Positions 52,247 through 64,000 of a DNA stretch of 64,000 nt are shown piece after piece; the first letter of the stretch is position 1; each line of letters starts with the position of its first letter. The stretch covers positions 39,742,001-39,806,000 of the forward strand of contig OX597828.1 of assembly GCA_951406725.2 (NCBI GenBank), in the 5' to 3' direction. A program made the translations under genes and the position numbers. The notes beneath the pieces were generated by a model. It was not told the origin of the DNA. It saw only the letters and a list, made by a program, of their open reading frames with translations, and made no database searches. The DNA is from Octopus vulgaris. Lineage: Eukaryota.

Positions 52247-52612
52247 CATCATCATCTTATTTAATGTCCATTTTCTATGTATGCATGAGTAGAATGGTTG
52301 ACAGTAGCCGACCAGGTAGAAAAAGTGCATCTGTTTTGACAGGGGTTTTACACATGGATGAGTAGGAAACAGCAAAAGTGTAAGAGAGTAGGTGAGAGAT
52401 GGTATAGTGCTAGAGTATACTCACAAATAACAAGGATCTAAGCATAGAACCTGGGTAGAAAAATAGGGTGTGGAGGTCAAGGGTAGGGGAGCAGGTGAGC
52501 AGAGCAGGGAGATCAAGAAAGGGGATTGGAAAATAATCATAATTTATGAAGTGGAAATGTAAGGAAGAGAAAGATGTTGTTAGAAGAGGAGTTGTAGTTT
52601 GGTTTCTTAGGG

Positions 52613-53837
52613 TAGCAAGGTTTAGCTGAAAAGTTCATCATCTGATCGAGATAATTTCATAGAATGAGGCTTATTTTTCATCATAGTCCCCATGCAGTCC
52701 AAACATTTCTACCATCGGTCTTGCAGTACTTAGATCCCATTGGTGAAGAAGCTTTCATTCCGTTGGTCAAAAAGGTCATCAACAACAGATATGACATCAT
52801 CATCACCGTGATATCGGTTCCCAGTCAAGTGTTTTTTCATGTTGGGGAACAGTTGATAGTGAGATGGGGCAAAAATCAGGAGAATAGGGAGAGTGATCAA
52901 CCAGTTTAAAATCATAGTCATGCACAGCAGCCATTGAATCCCAGGACTTGTGTGTTGGAGCAGTGTTCTGATGAAACAAGGCCCTTTTAGTCAGTTTTCC
53001 TGGGCATTAGGCCTTAACAGTGTTTTGTAAATGTATCAGCAAGTTGACATAGTACTCTCCATTATTGGTGATAAACCCAATGCATCCCTCCACCAAAAAA
53101 AAACAAAAAAAACTGAGGCCATCACCTCCCCTGCAGATGAAGCAACCTTGGCCTTCTTTAGAGCAAGTGAGGAAGGCTTTTTCCATTGCATGGATTTTCT
53201 CTTTGTCTCTGGCCCAAAGTGATGAACCCAACACTCATCCTGACATAGGAAATGTTCAAGGAAATCAGCTGAACCTGTCTCAAGCAATGTTAGATCAATC
53301 TGACATTCATTAAATTTGAGAAGAAGTGGCACCTACTGAGCAGAAACTTTTGTCATACAAAGTTCATTGTGCAGAATATTCTCACCTCCCTCACAGGATA
53401 TGCTAATAACATTGGCTATTTGATTTATAGTCAGTTGCCTGTCATCCATCATCATGTGGTGAATACAATCAATGTCTTCCTTAGAGGTGGCAGTTGCAGG
53501 ATGTCCAGATGTTGGGTCATCTTCATGACTCTCTCTTCACCTTTTAAATGCAGCTTTCCACTTTTGTACTCTTCATAAACCATGTCAGCATGAATGCCCT
53601 TGGGTGCTAAACCCTTTTCCTGCAGGTTCTTGATAACACCATGCCACCAAATTTTGTCCATTTTCAAGAGAAGTCACTACTAGTTACTTTTGAAGTGTTC
53701 TTTGAAGAGTGAGATGTCAGTTTACTTGGGAAGAAACAATCCAGTTACTAATAAGAAGATTTGAAATTAAAGCATGCAAGATTTAACAGCATCACTCATT
53801 CATAGTCAGCCTATGAACTTTTCAGCCCACCCTTGTA
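52613..53837 (-). mobile_element. Decayed mariner transposon with TIRs
   Basis: QDECWVHH..PETKRKSMQW and APSHYQLFPNMKKHL motifs. TIRs gctgaaaagttcat / atgaacttttcagc. Confidence 0.88.
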
Positions 53838-56084
53838 TTAAAATGTTTGTGTGTATGTGAGTAAAATCTTTCAGCTACCAAATAAAGTATGTTTTTTGAA
53901 TAACAACTCTTTTTTATTAATAAAATAACCTCAGAAACGAGGTCAAGTCACACAATTCTGAGGTCATTTTGGGGCTATATTTCGATTATTATTAATAGAA
54001 TAGATTGTTATGCAAAAACATACTCTATTTGGTACTGAATATTTTGATGCCTCATAAATCAAAATGAGCAACTCAGTTTTCAAATAAGGAACATATGCAC
54101 CACATAAACTGTAGCTTTTCGAAAGTGTGAGGTTATGGGTGGATGCTGGGGAAGGACATATTAGTGTTTCTTTAAAGAAAAAAAACAAGAAAATTCTTAA
54201 AGATTCATACTGTCTGTTTGTTTCTCCAAGGATTATCAAGAAAAAGATGCTGAAAAAAGAAAAAAAAGTTGGGGTTGGGAGGGAGAAAATTAAAATGTTG
54301 ACAAAGTGTTTTTTGAATGAAATGCAAATTTCCTCTATGGAAAACAAAGGAATGTGAATAAATTCAGGAAAAAAATAAGTGATGGAGGGGGAAGCAAATG
54401 CTGGAGACAGCAGGTAATGGACAGGATTTCTGGGATAAGTTCCTTGTACGTTTATATGGAAGATTAGGTTTTGAAATATGCTCATCACAGACAGGAATGA
54501 CAGAATAGAAAAAGGTCATTTCCATAGAATTTTAGCTGTAATTTTTCACATGCACACAGCAAGAAATAACATAATTCTTACAGAACTTTTACCGTGTGTG
54601 TGTGCGTGCGCCTGTGTGTGTGTGTGTGTGTGTGCGTGCCAAAGGAAGTTCTTTTTACATAGCTTTTTTAATTCCAAAAGAAGAAAAAGTGAAAAATACT
54701 TTCAAAATTGTAGTTCAGTTGCAATTGTAAAGGTATGAAGAAGTGTGTGCGTGTATTTGTAGGGTCGATGCACCCAAGAAACATGTATGAATTATCTGTA
54801 TAATTGATAGCAAAGTGTGTAAAAAATGGAATGCAATCCAGGTTTCATCATATATCGATGTGGTTAGTGAAGTTGTAAGATGTTGTTATAATGGGAAATT
54901 GAAAGAGAGAGATAATGCCAAATTCTATGCATGTGTGAAACATGCGTAGAATTTGGCATGTGTGAAACATGGGATGAAAGTGAAACATTAGAAGCAAATC
55001 AAGATATTGCTGTAAAATGACCTCAGAATTGTGCGACCTGGCCTCATTTGTGAGGTTATCAGCATCTCCTTCTCTCCTGCTTTCCACCTAAGTTTGTGCC
55101 AACTTTCTTTCACCTTCATCTGTAGAACATACAAACAGCAGCATGTCTCTCTCTCCTGCTATCCCTCTGTCTTTCAACTTCTCCTCTAGAATGCAAATAT
55201 GTAAATGAAAATAAGGTTTATTTGGTAGCTGAAAGATTACTGAATCTTTTGATAACTCATATGTCAAAATTGACAATTCAGTTTTCGAATCCATAAGGAA
55301 CACACACAACCAAAACACACACACACACACACACAAACTCTCTTTTATCTATCAAGATAAGATAATTGTCTAGTTTTGTAATACTAATCTACATTATTGA
55401 AAATATTATATTCATTATATTATCTTCTTTTATCTCCTGATACTCATCCATATCATTGAAAAAAATATATTTTCTTGTTTTATTTTCTCATACTAATCTA
55501 GAATATGAATAATGCTATACAGGTGTTATCTTCTAATGCTAATGCACATAACTAAATTACAAAGACCTTCATCCTGCAGCTGTTACAGAATAAATTTTCA
55601 TTGTACTTATTGTACAAAATTGAAAACAAAAATCATAATTTAAGTTATCTTCAGTAAATAAAAGGCATCAAGCTTGAACAACTTTCACTATTTCCAATCT
55701 AACCAGTTTTAAATGCCATCATGATGACAGAAATGTTCTTTATACAATTAGATGTTAATAAACAACATGTTTCTGTAGTCCTTGACATTATGGACGTCTC
55801 ATATTTGTGGAATTTGTCTGCAGATATTCCTACACTGCTTGATTTTGTGTAACTTCCATTGCAAGCCAGGCAAAACATGTTTTGTTGAACTTTTAAATAT
55901 TTCTTATGAAAATTGGTATTTTGAGTGCACCCCTTATGTTTTTTAATTGGAAGATCATATGGGTCAACATCACTTTTTGTCAAGCCTGGTCAAAAGGAAC
56001 TGTAGAAAGTACTTTGTGGTATGAATACTCTTTCTGAAACATCGCCATAACAAGCATTTACTTACTTTATAACTGTTGACAATT

Positions 56085-56765
56085 CTGAAAATGCTTTTCC
56101 CAGATGACAACTTGCTTCAATATGTCTTGTATTTCAGAAATATGGCTAGTTGTGAGAGAAGGAGACACAAAAAACAGCTTTGATGTGTTCTGCTATACTT
56201 GTGTGTGTTACACTTCACCTAGGAGAATGAAACAAAATCACAGATTCTCTGAAGAAAGTTTACCTTTTTTATTTGGTATGAAACTGAGTGATCAAGACAA
56301 AGCCTGGACACCGCATATAGTGTGTCCGAGACTGTGTCCAATACCTGAACAGAAAGTTCCCAGCTTTGTCTTGTGAGAAAATTAAGACTGGTGTGTTTGA
56401 CAGGCCACAGATTAGGTGACTAAAGCAGAACAAGCAAGTTTTGGAAACCATATCTGGCAGTGAAAAAGAAGCATGAAATGCTTTTGCTGCAGTTGGGTCT
56501 GATTTCCTGAGAAACAAGAAGTCATTAAATTGACGATGTTAACTAGTTTTCGAGCACTGGACAATAAAGTGCATTTCATGCGCAGTTACCTTCCTAAAAA
56601 TCAGCGATGAGCAATGAGAAAGATTCCACCAAGACATCGATACCATGGTGACTTGGTATCAAGGCAGAACACAAACAAGCCAGCTGATAATTGCTGGTCT
56701 CTAAAAAGAGTCTGTCATGATGCAAGTTATTTACACAAAGCAGCCAAGAGACAGCTTGCTCCTTG
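56085..56765 (+). mobile_element. Deleted DNA transposase remnant (Chapaev3/CMC-like)
   Basis: FCY.C, FGMKLSDQDKAW.PHIVC, GVFD.PQIR and SDEQ.ERFHQDI...YQG...ADNCWSLKR motifs. The family assignment is from memory. Confidence 0.6.
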
Positions 56766-58207
56766 AGTAGCTGAAACTTCAGTTTGACAGAGATATCTAT
56801 CCTAAGATGTGTATTTAAACATTTTGTGTAATATAAAAAGGACTAAAGCATAAAAAGGACTATTTGATCTGTGTTACTTTTTTTAACATTTCAGTACTGT
56901 ATTTAATGGTAAAATTTCATTTAAAAAAAAAATCATTTTCCTAAAAGTTTTGGGGAAAAAAACTCGGATCTTGTGAATTTTCCAAAAGTCCTGTCCCCAC
57001 CCTCGCTGGTTTGCGCACATTTTTGTTTTCATATTCGTTCCATACACATCTTTTTACGCCGGTTGCACTATTTTATTCTTCTTTGTTCGTTTCATGGTAA
57101 TATTGTAAACATTAACCAAAATATGCCTTTTTAGCTAAGGTACAATATTATAATTAAAACAAATTCAGACTTTAAATTTCGGAACATAAAACTTACCACG
57201 TTATCTGGTGTATGGCCACAGTTCAAATGGGTACAAAACCTAAAACGAATGTGTGTGTGGTTGGGCCTTTAATAGCCAGGGATCAATTTAAGTTCAATCG
57301 CAGAAAGGAATTCAAATCGGCAATACACGCAGTCATATACGTACAAACATACCCATACATACACATACACATACACAACCACATACCTATCAGCCACTCC
57401 CAAAAGCCAGTTTCGTTTAAAATTCTGACTACCATTCTTTATATATTTACACACAAACATACACATAACACATACATTCAGTTTTTCGCTTTTATTCGTT
57501 GCTTTTTTTCTTTTAGTCTGTTTTTAGTTTTTGTTTTCAGTTTGGGTGTTTCACTTTAGCAACACCGGTTACACATGGTACCAGGATTTTGCTTGGTGTC
57601 GCCAAAGTGGAAAAAGTGTTTTTTAAGTTTTTGAAAATTTCCAATATAAGGCTACTATATTTTTAAAACTGACTGTCACAGAGATGTGAAAATATGTAGA
57701 GGGACTTCCGGCGCCCCACTAGTTCCCCTAGCGCCCCTTTGCTCCAAAATGCTCCCTCAAGCTCCAAATGGCCTCCGTTGAAAACCTTTGGTCTAAATCA
57801 AGTGAAAAACCAAACAACAGAAATTATGTTAAAGATTGTTCCCCATTGTAATCTAAGACATTCCATTTATGACCACCTCATTCAGAAAATGGAAAACTGT
57901 AACCTTATTATTTAACTACTCTATTGTTTTTCTTAACATAGATGGAAATTCGAGAGACCACAATACAATTTCTGACAGGTCAAAGACCTCTCGAACGTAT
58001 ACCTTGGCTTTTATCATATTTGATATTTGAATTTTAAAAGCTGATAGCATAAATCTTTCGATGCACTTTTGCCGTTTCCTATATTTTCTCGTATGTTAAA
58101 TTTCCTCTCTTATCTCTAATCTCTCTCTCTCTCTTCTGTCATTTAATATCTGCTAAACTTCACCTTCCTTATTTACAGATTCTTTGACCTGCCACCGTCT
58201 ATATCAG

Positions 58208-58317
58208 TATATAATATCATTTAGACAACATTAACTCAGTTCAGGTCACAACACTCTTTACTACGTTGGAGGATTTTAAAAAAACTCGCTTTGCAAATAT
58301 ACCGTAATTTTAATCAC
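58208..58317 (+). promoter_or_regulatory. Putative TATA, Inr (TCAGTT) and 5'UTR exon of CYP copy C
   Basis: TATATAA at 58208, TCAGTT at 58236, donor gtaagt at 58318. Confidence 0.55.
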
Positions 58318-58681
58318 GTAAGTTGAATCACAATTAAATTACTATGAAAAAGAAAAAGAAAGGGGTGGGTTTTAAATGGCCGGGTGGAGTGACGGGTTGT
58401 ACATCGCTTAACAAATTGCGAGTTTAGTTACGCCCTTAAATTGTTACTGGTTTTTTAATTTAATTTTTACTGAATGCCTGCAAAAATAACTTGCAATATC
58501 CAATATTGCTTTTTAACGTTCTGAATTCAAATCAAGCCCTGTTTAACAGTAAATTTCCAGGTTCGATAAATTGAGATACCAGTCAAGCCGTTTATATTAC
58601 TTACCTCTTCTCCATAAAATCGCTAGCCTTCTGCTTAAATTAGAAATACTTCAGTAACGATCTTAAATTAGAAATACTTTC

Positions 58682-59087
58682 TTTCTTTGTTTTGTTTTCT
58701 TTTACTTGTTTCAGTCATTTGACTGTGGCCATGCTGGAGCACCGCCTTTAATTGAGCAACTCGACCCCGGAACTTATTCATTGTAAGCCCAGTACTTATT
58801 CCAACGTCCCTTTTGCCGAACCACTAAGTGACGGGGACATAAACACACCAGCATCGGTTGGCAATCAATGCTAGGGGGACAAACACAGACACACAAACAC
58901 ACACGCACACATATATATATATACATATATACGACGGGCTTCTTTCAGTTTCCGTCTACCAAATCCACTCACAAGGCTTTGGTTGGCCTGAGGCTATAAT
59001 AGAAGGCACTTGCCAAAGGTGCCACGCTGTGGGACTGAACCCGGAACCATGTGGTTGGTAAGCAAGCTACTTACCACACACCACTCC
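58682..59087 (-). mobile_element. tRNA-derived SINE in the copy C 5'UTR intron
   Basis: Reverse complement of the 63187 SINE, absent from copies A and B. Related pieces lie at 47975-48100 and 49160-49370. Confidence 0.85.
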
Positions 59088-59231
59088 TTCAGTAGCATTT
59101 TTTTTCATTCGATATTATTTTGACTTTTCTTAACTTTATTATAGCCGACATTAGTTATATTATGAAAACAGTTGTGTAGTTAGCTTTTCTATATTGATTT
59201 TGACAGTCGTTCATCAGCAAATTCTAAGACA

Positions 59232-59302
59232 ATGGATACCCTCAGCTTCTTTACTATACCGAATTGTGTTCTCCTCTCAATTGTTCTTCTGCTATTATAT
59301 AT
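59232..59302 (+). CDS. CYP copy C coding exon 1 (intact); the rest of the gene is presumably beyond the window
   Basis: Identical to copy B exon 1, followed by gtaagt. Confidence 0.88.
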
Positions 59303-59464
59303 GTAAGTAAATTTATCAACTTTTTATACAGAAAAAAATTACACAAACTTTGAATTGTAAAATCTTTTACCAACTAAATTACTAAAATATTTATACTAAC
59401 GTTATTACTAAAACATTTGTATTCTCATTACGACTAAAGTTTCTATACTTACTATGACATTTTT

Positions 59465-59889
59465 GGCAATCTTTTGTCTCTAGTAGACCTTTCCGTCGAT
59501 TTTCGTAAACAAATTTTTTTTTTTTACATATGGGCTTGCGGGAACTTTTGAAGTAATATACATACATATACACATACACCGAGTAAAAAATTTCAGTTAT
59601 CTCTTTCTTTCACTCATTACTCTGTCTCTTCACACACACTAACAGAAGCACTTCACTTACACAACATACTGTCTGTCTCCCACACCCCATCAAACACACA
59701 CTCGCACACACATGTACATCAATGCTTCACATGCACGGTAACTTCAAATGAACTTCCCTCATCATAAAATCGCTTTCTCTTAGTCTCTTTCGCTCTCATT
59801 ACTTCAAAAGTTCCCGCAAGCCCATATGTAAAAAAAAAAATTTTTTTATGGAAATCGACGGAAAGGTCTACTAGAGACGAAAGATTGCC
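59465..59889. mobile_element. MITE with ~92-bp TIRs (GGCAATC...) and an 8-bp TSD ACATTTTT
   Basis: TIRs at 59465-59557 and 59798-59889. Copies A and B show the empty site. Confidence 0.9.
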
Positions 59890-60929
59890 ACATTTTTAAA
59901 TATCAATTAATTGTTTATACTTATAAGCTAATTTAAAAGCTAATTTATTAAAATGTTCTAAGAGTTAATTCTATGAGTTCACTTTTTTCACACTTTTGTC
60001 CACCTCTTACTGCAATGTACGACAGAATACCGAGTTTACGGGCAAATTTCATTCCAAGATAAAAGAAATTTCTCTCCAATAGGTCTCTAACACTATTAGT
60101 AAGGACATATTGCGGCACTCAAGAGTTTATGCTATCTGCGCTTATGTCATCGTTGACATCTTCTCCAATTGTCAATTCCTCTTGTATCAACGTCTCACAT
60201 TATCAGTACACTATGTGCCTTTGTTTATACAGTAGAACCTTGCAATACGAGTGCCCCATTGTATGAGTAATTTGCTGTACGAGCCGAGACTCGTGCGAAA
60301 TTTTGTCTTGAACTACGAGCAAACAAATCTTCCCATCTTTAAGGTAATTCAGTTAATAAGACCAGTTTACATAAAATACCCTGTCATGATACTACACTAG
60401 TTTATAAACAGCTTTGTCTTGACTTTTGTGAGAGAAGTTACAAGCTAATTTTTTGCATTTCTTTTAAATAATTTCATCCATTATAGGCCAGCACTGTACC
60501 TATGTATTCATCTAACATTCATTTTAGCTACTGTCTAAACTCTTAAAGCAAGAATTAATGTATATGTCGAAATATATTCGAATTGCTCAAAAAATACCTG
60601 TTGTAGATGGTTGTAAATTATAAATCCAATGAAAGAAGTCTGTTTGAGAAATATTTCAGAACATTCTGGCAATCTTTGAAATCCAATGTACCACATGGCA
60701 GTGAAACATGGGCTGTGACCACTGACAACACGTGAAATGAATCCGGCATACTCTGCTGGATGGGTAATGTCAGTGTGCATGTATAATGGTGTAAGTGATT
60801 GGAAAAAAAAGTTGGGTATATAAAACATTAGATGTAGTGAACGAGAAGATTGTGCTGATATGGACATATGATGCATATGGACGAGGACAGCTGCATCAAG
60901 AATTGCTAATCTCTAACTGAGGAGGGAAC

Positions 60930-60931
<2 letters not shown>

Positions 60932-60974
<43 letters not shown>

Positions 60975-63900
60975 TAATAATAATGAAATTATTGTATACA
61001 GTTCTCAGGTGCACCACAACTTGTCAGAAAGTGCGTATAAAGTATATGCAGTAATGTACAAATGTTTGGAAAGCGAACAATGTATGAGTCAGATACATGC
61101 TTGTGTGTGTATGGAGGGGAAAAAATCGGGTGTAGTGTTGGCGAATCTCAGAAAGCATGGAAGTTTTGAAGGATGCAGTGCTCTGACAACTAACAACTGA
61201 TGCCGGCAGTTTGTTCCATGCTTCAGCAACTCTCAGCGTGAAAAAATGTTTCCTAAAGTCATGGGAGCTGTGCTGTTTTCTGACTTTGTAAATATGTCCA
61301 CGGGTGTTAGACGGGTGGAAGTTGAAAAGGTGCTCAGAGTTATTGTTTGTGCGATGGTTGATAATTTTATGGGTGTCTGCCAAGTCAGTTGCCAGACGTT
61401 GGAGTTTCAATGTGTCCATGCCCAGGGAAGTAAGGCATTCAGAATATGGCAAATGCCTGATGGAGGGTATTCTTTTGGTTGCACATCGCTGAACGGCTTC
61501 CAGACGATTGATATCCTGGGCAAGACAGGGGTTCCAGACCGGTGATGCAAATTCCAGGTGAGGTCTTACCATAGCTATATAAAGCCACAGATAGATAGTC
61601 GGAGAGCGGCTCACAAAGGATTTGGTGAGTGATGCCAAGACACCCTCAGCCTTCTTGACAATTTTAGCGATGTGTTTTGTCCAACGCAAATCACTGTCGA
61701 CAATAACACCCAGGTCACGTTCACATGAAGACTTTTTGAGATTAGTGTTGTGGAGAGAGTAGGTGGACGCTGAGTTTCTCCTCCCAAAATGCATGGTGGT
61801 ACATTTGTCCACAGCCAGCTCGAGTTGCCAGTCCATGATCCATTGCTGCATTGTGTCCAGGTCTGCTTGCAATAGAGATCTATAGTGTACAGGATCTGAC
61901 CTCTTTATTTCGAGGTACAGCTTGGTGTCATTTGCATATTTCAGCACTGTGGGATTCTTTAAGTTGGCATTAAGGTGGCATCTGTGTCATTAACATATGC
62001 AACAAATAAAAAGGGGCCAAGAACAGATCCCTGTAGTACACCAGATGTCATCTCATAGGGTGAAGAGTGCTGTCCTAGAACTGTGACAACCTCTTTTCGG
62101 CCGAAAATAAAGGACTTCAACCAGTTATAGAGTTCGTCTCTTATGCCCATCCGTGACTGTGATGAAATCTGGGTCGATACTTTTGACGTAAAAGTCAAAA
62201 AGATGCACCTTGTTGCATAAACTACGGGCCTTCAAGAACAGCAGTTTGTATCTGGATTTCAGATGATGATATACAGGGGATGGCTGATTGTTCTTGGTTA
62301 GTTTCCCAAGATTTTTGTATTGCCAGTTGTTGTTGTGGGTGCAGTTTGCTCAGTCCAACTGGTATCCCTTATCCACGACTCACCAGACTTGACAAATTTC
62401 CAGATTTGCCCATCATCGCGGAGGCTAAAACTTTCTTGTGGCACAGAGTTGCGATTTAGGGAAGCTACAGATCTTAGCTTTGGGCATACATCAGGTGGTA
62501 GGCCAGGACGTGCCCTAAAGCTGATTCTGTTGTCGCGCCGAGCTCTATCAGCAGCCAGATGGAATGCTCGCGCCTCAGTAAAGTTTGTAAACATCAGCCT
62601 GATTAGCATGGGGTGGGATCCTGGTCGGCCAAGGCAGAAAGCACTTTGGGGGGGGGGGGGGGCACAGCTAAGGTCCTCAGATGTGTTTCTAATGAATGCC
62701 TGCAGATCTACCACATCTTCCGGCACTCCGATGGCTATTAATTCATGAGTGGTTGGTTCAGCAACTCCCTCAATGCGTTGAGGTTCCGTACGAGCTACAG
62801 GTAGGTTGCTGAGCAAGGCACTCCGACATGACCCCTCGCTGTGAGTTTTCGCACAGACACTGGTTCTGATTCCTGCTACTTCACGACTCAAAGCAGAAAT
62901 CATTCGTCTAATTTCTGCAACTTCTGTGCTGATGGTCGATTTCTGCTTTAGTTGAGAAGTATCAGGAGAGGAGGGCATGGTTGGCTTTTGTTCCTGCTGA
63001 TGTACTTCAGCTGGAATGATCAATTTTTGTTGTCGAAGAGCAATAGAAGAGGAAGACACAGGAGGCTGTTTCTGTTTTTGTTGATGTTCTTCAACAGGAA
63101 TGGCCGATTTTTGTTGCTGCTGTTGAAGAGTGACAGGGGAGGAAGACACGGGCGGCTTTAGTTCTTGCTGTTGTTCTTCATCAATAGGCGCAGGAGTAGC
63201 TGTGTGGTAAGTAGCTTGCTAACCAGCCACATGGTTCCGGGTTCAGTCCCACTGCGTGGCATCTTGGGCAAGTGTCTTCTGCTTTAGCCCCGGGCCGACC
63301 AATGCCTTGTGAGTGGATTTGGTGGACGGAAACTGAAAGAAGCCTGTCGTATATATGTATATATATATGTGTATGTGTGTGTGTGTGTGTGTGTGTTTGT
63401 CCCCCTCGCATTGCTTGACAACCGATGCTGGTGTGTTTACGTCCCAGTCACTTAGCGGTTCAGCAAAAGAGACGGATAGAATAAGTACTGGGCTTACAAA
63501 GAATAAGTCCCGGGGTCGAGTTGCTCGACTAAAGGCGGTGCTCCAGCATGGCCGCAGTCAAATGACTGAAACAAGTAAAAGAGTAGGACTGGTTTTGGGA
63601 GACAAAGTAGTCGGTTTTTGCTGTTCAGCAGCAATGGCAGCGGAAGACACGGTTGTCGGGTTTTGTTGTTGCTGTTCTGCAGCAATGGTGGCAGGGGGCA
63701 CACAAGTCAGGCACTGAAACGACCAGTTTGGTAGCTGGACCATTTCCCAGAGTTTATCCATCATAGAAGTATGGTGTCCTTTCTTTTGACCTAGGATCTT
63801 CTGAAAGTTTGTGGCACATTGAAAGCAGATCGAAACACGACATTTACTGCATTCAACCCATCTGTTTCGGAATGAATTTTCGAGTTTTGTGCATAGATGA

Positions 63901-64000
63901 CAGATGTGGTTTGTTGGGCAACGTTCTATTTTAGGACAGCGACCAGTTCTGTTGCACGGCTCATCCACGGATGATACCGTGGCCCTTTTGGGATCTTTTC
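60932..64000 (-). mobile_element. CR1/L2-group LINE, internally deleted, with a (TTA)n tail; inserted in copy C intron 1
   Basis: RT motifs SGVLQGSVLGP, YANDTKL, RDLGV, RPHLEFASPVW and FFTLRVAEAWNKLP. ORF1 has a PHD-like Cys/His finger. Confidence 0.9.
63187..63585 (+). mobile_element. tRNA-derived SINE nested in LINE ORF1
   Basis: A box tagctgtgtgg, B box ggttcagtccc, central (TA)/(TG)n, tail gactgaaacaagtaaaaga. Confidence 0.88.

Larger units (their letters stand above)
56940..60930 (+). repeat. Direct segmental duplicate of 15855-20632 (copy C upstream region, exon 1 and part of intron 1)
   Basis: Both copies begin cctaaaagttttggggaaaaaaactcgg. ORFs 16168-16467/57212-57559 are near-identical. 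Confidence 0.93.

Noticed and set aside
53964-54488. 174-aa hydrophobic ORF
   Set aside because: It is a low-complexity AT-rich frame with no recognisable domain or splice support.
63187-63270. tRNA-like sequence
   Set aside because: It is a SINE head with no complete cloverleaf and continues into the SINE body.

Overview
This is AT-rich, microsatellite-rich eukaryotic DNA. The SINE and RTE repeat landscape suggests a cephalopod (Octopus-like), which is an inference. The core is a cluster of three near-identical clan-3 (CYP3A-like) cytochrome P450 copies. Copy A lies on the - strand; its exon 1 (9864-9934) has a nonsense codon and the rest lies left of the window. Copy B lies on the + strand (19087-48825) with 13 coding exons found. 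It has a Helitron inserted 4 nt inside exon 5, no detectable exon 6, a GT>AT donor lesion after exon 10, a GC-AG intron and an atypical I-helix (AAHLTT). Copy C lies on the + strand with an intact exon 1 (59232-59302) and continues right of the window. A and B are head-to-head, and B and C are tandem with a ~41 kb spacing. Introns and spacers are packed with Helitrons, mariner/maT, piggyBac-type and other MITEs, and RTE, CR1/L2, RLE-type and Penelope fragments. There is also a 2.86-kb foldback palindrome carrying NRF-1-type motifs and at least four type I hammerhead-ribozyme folds, two with intact core nucleotides.
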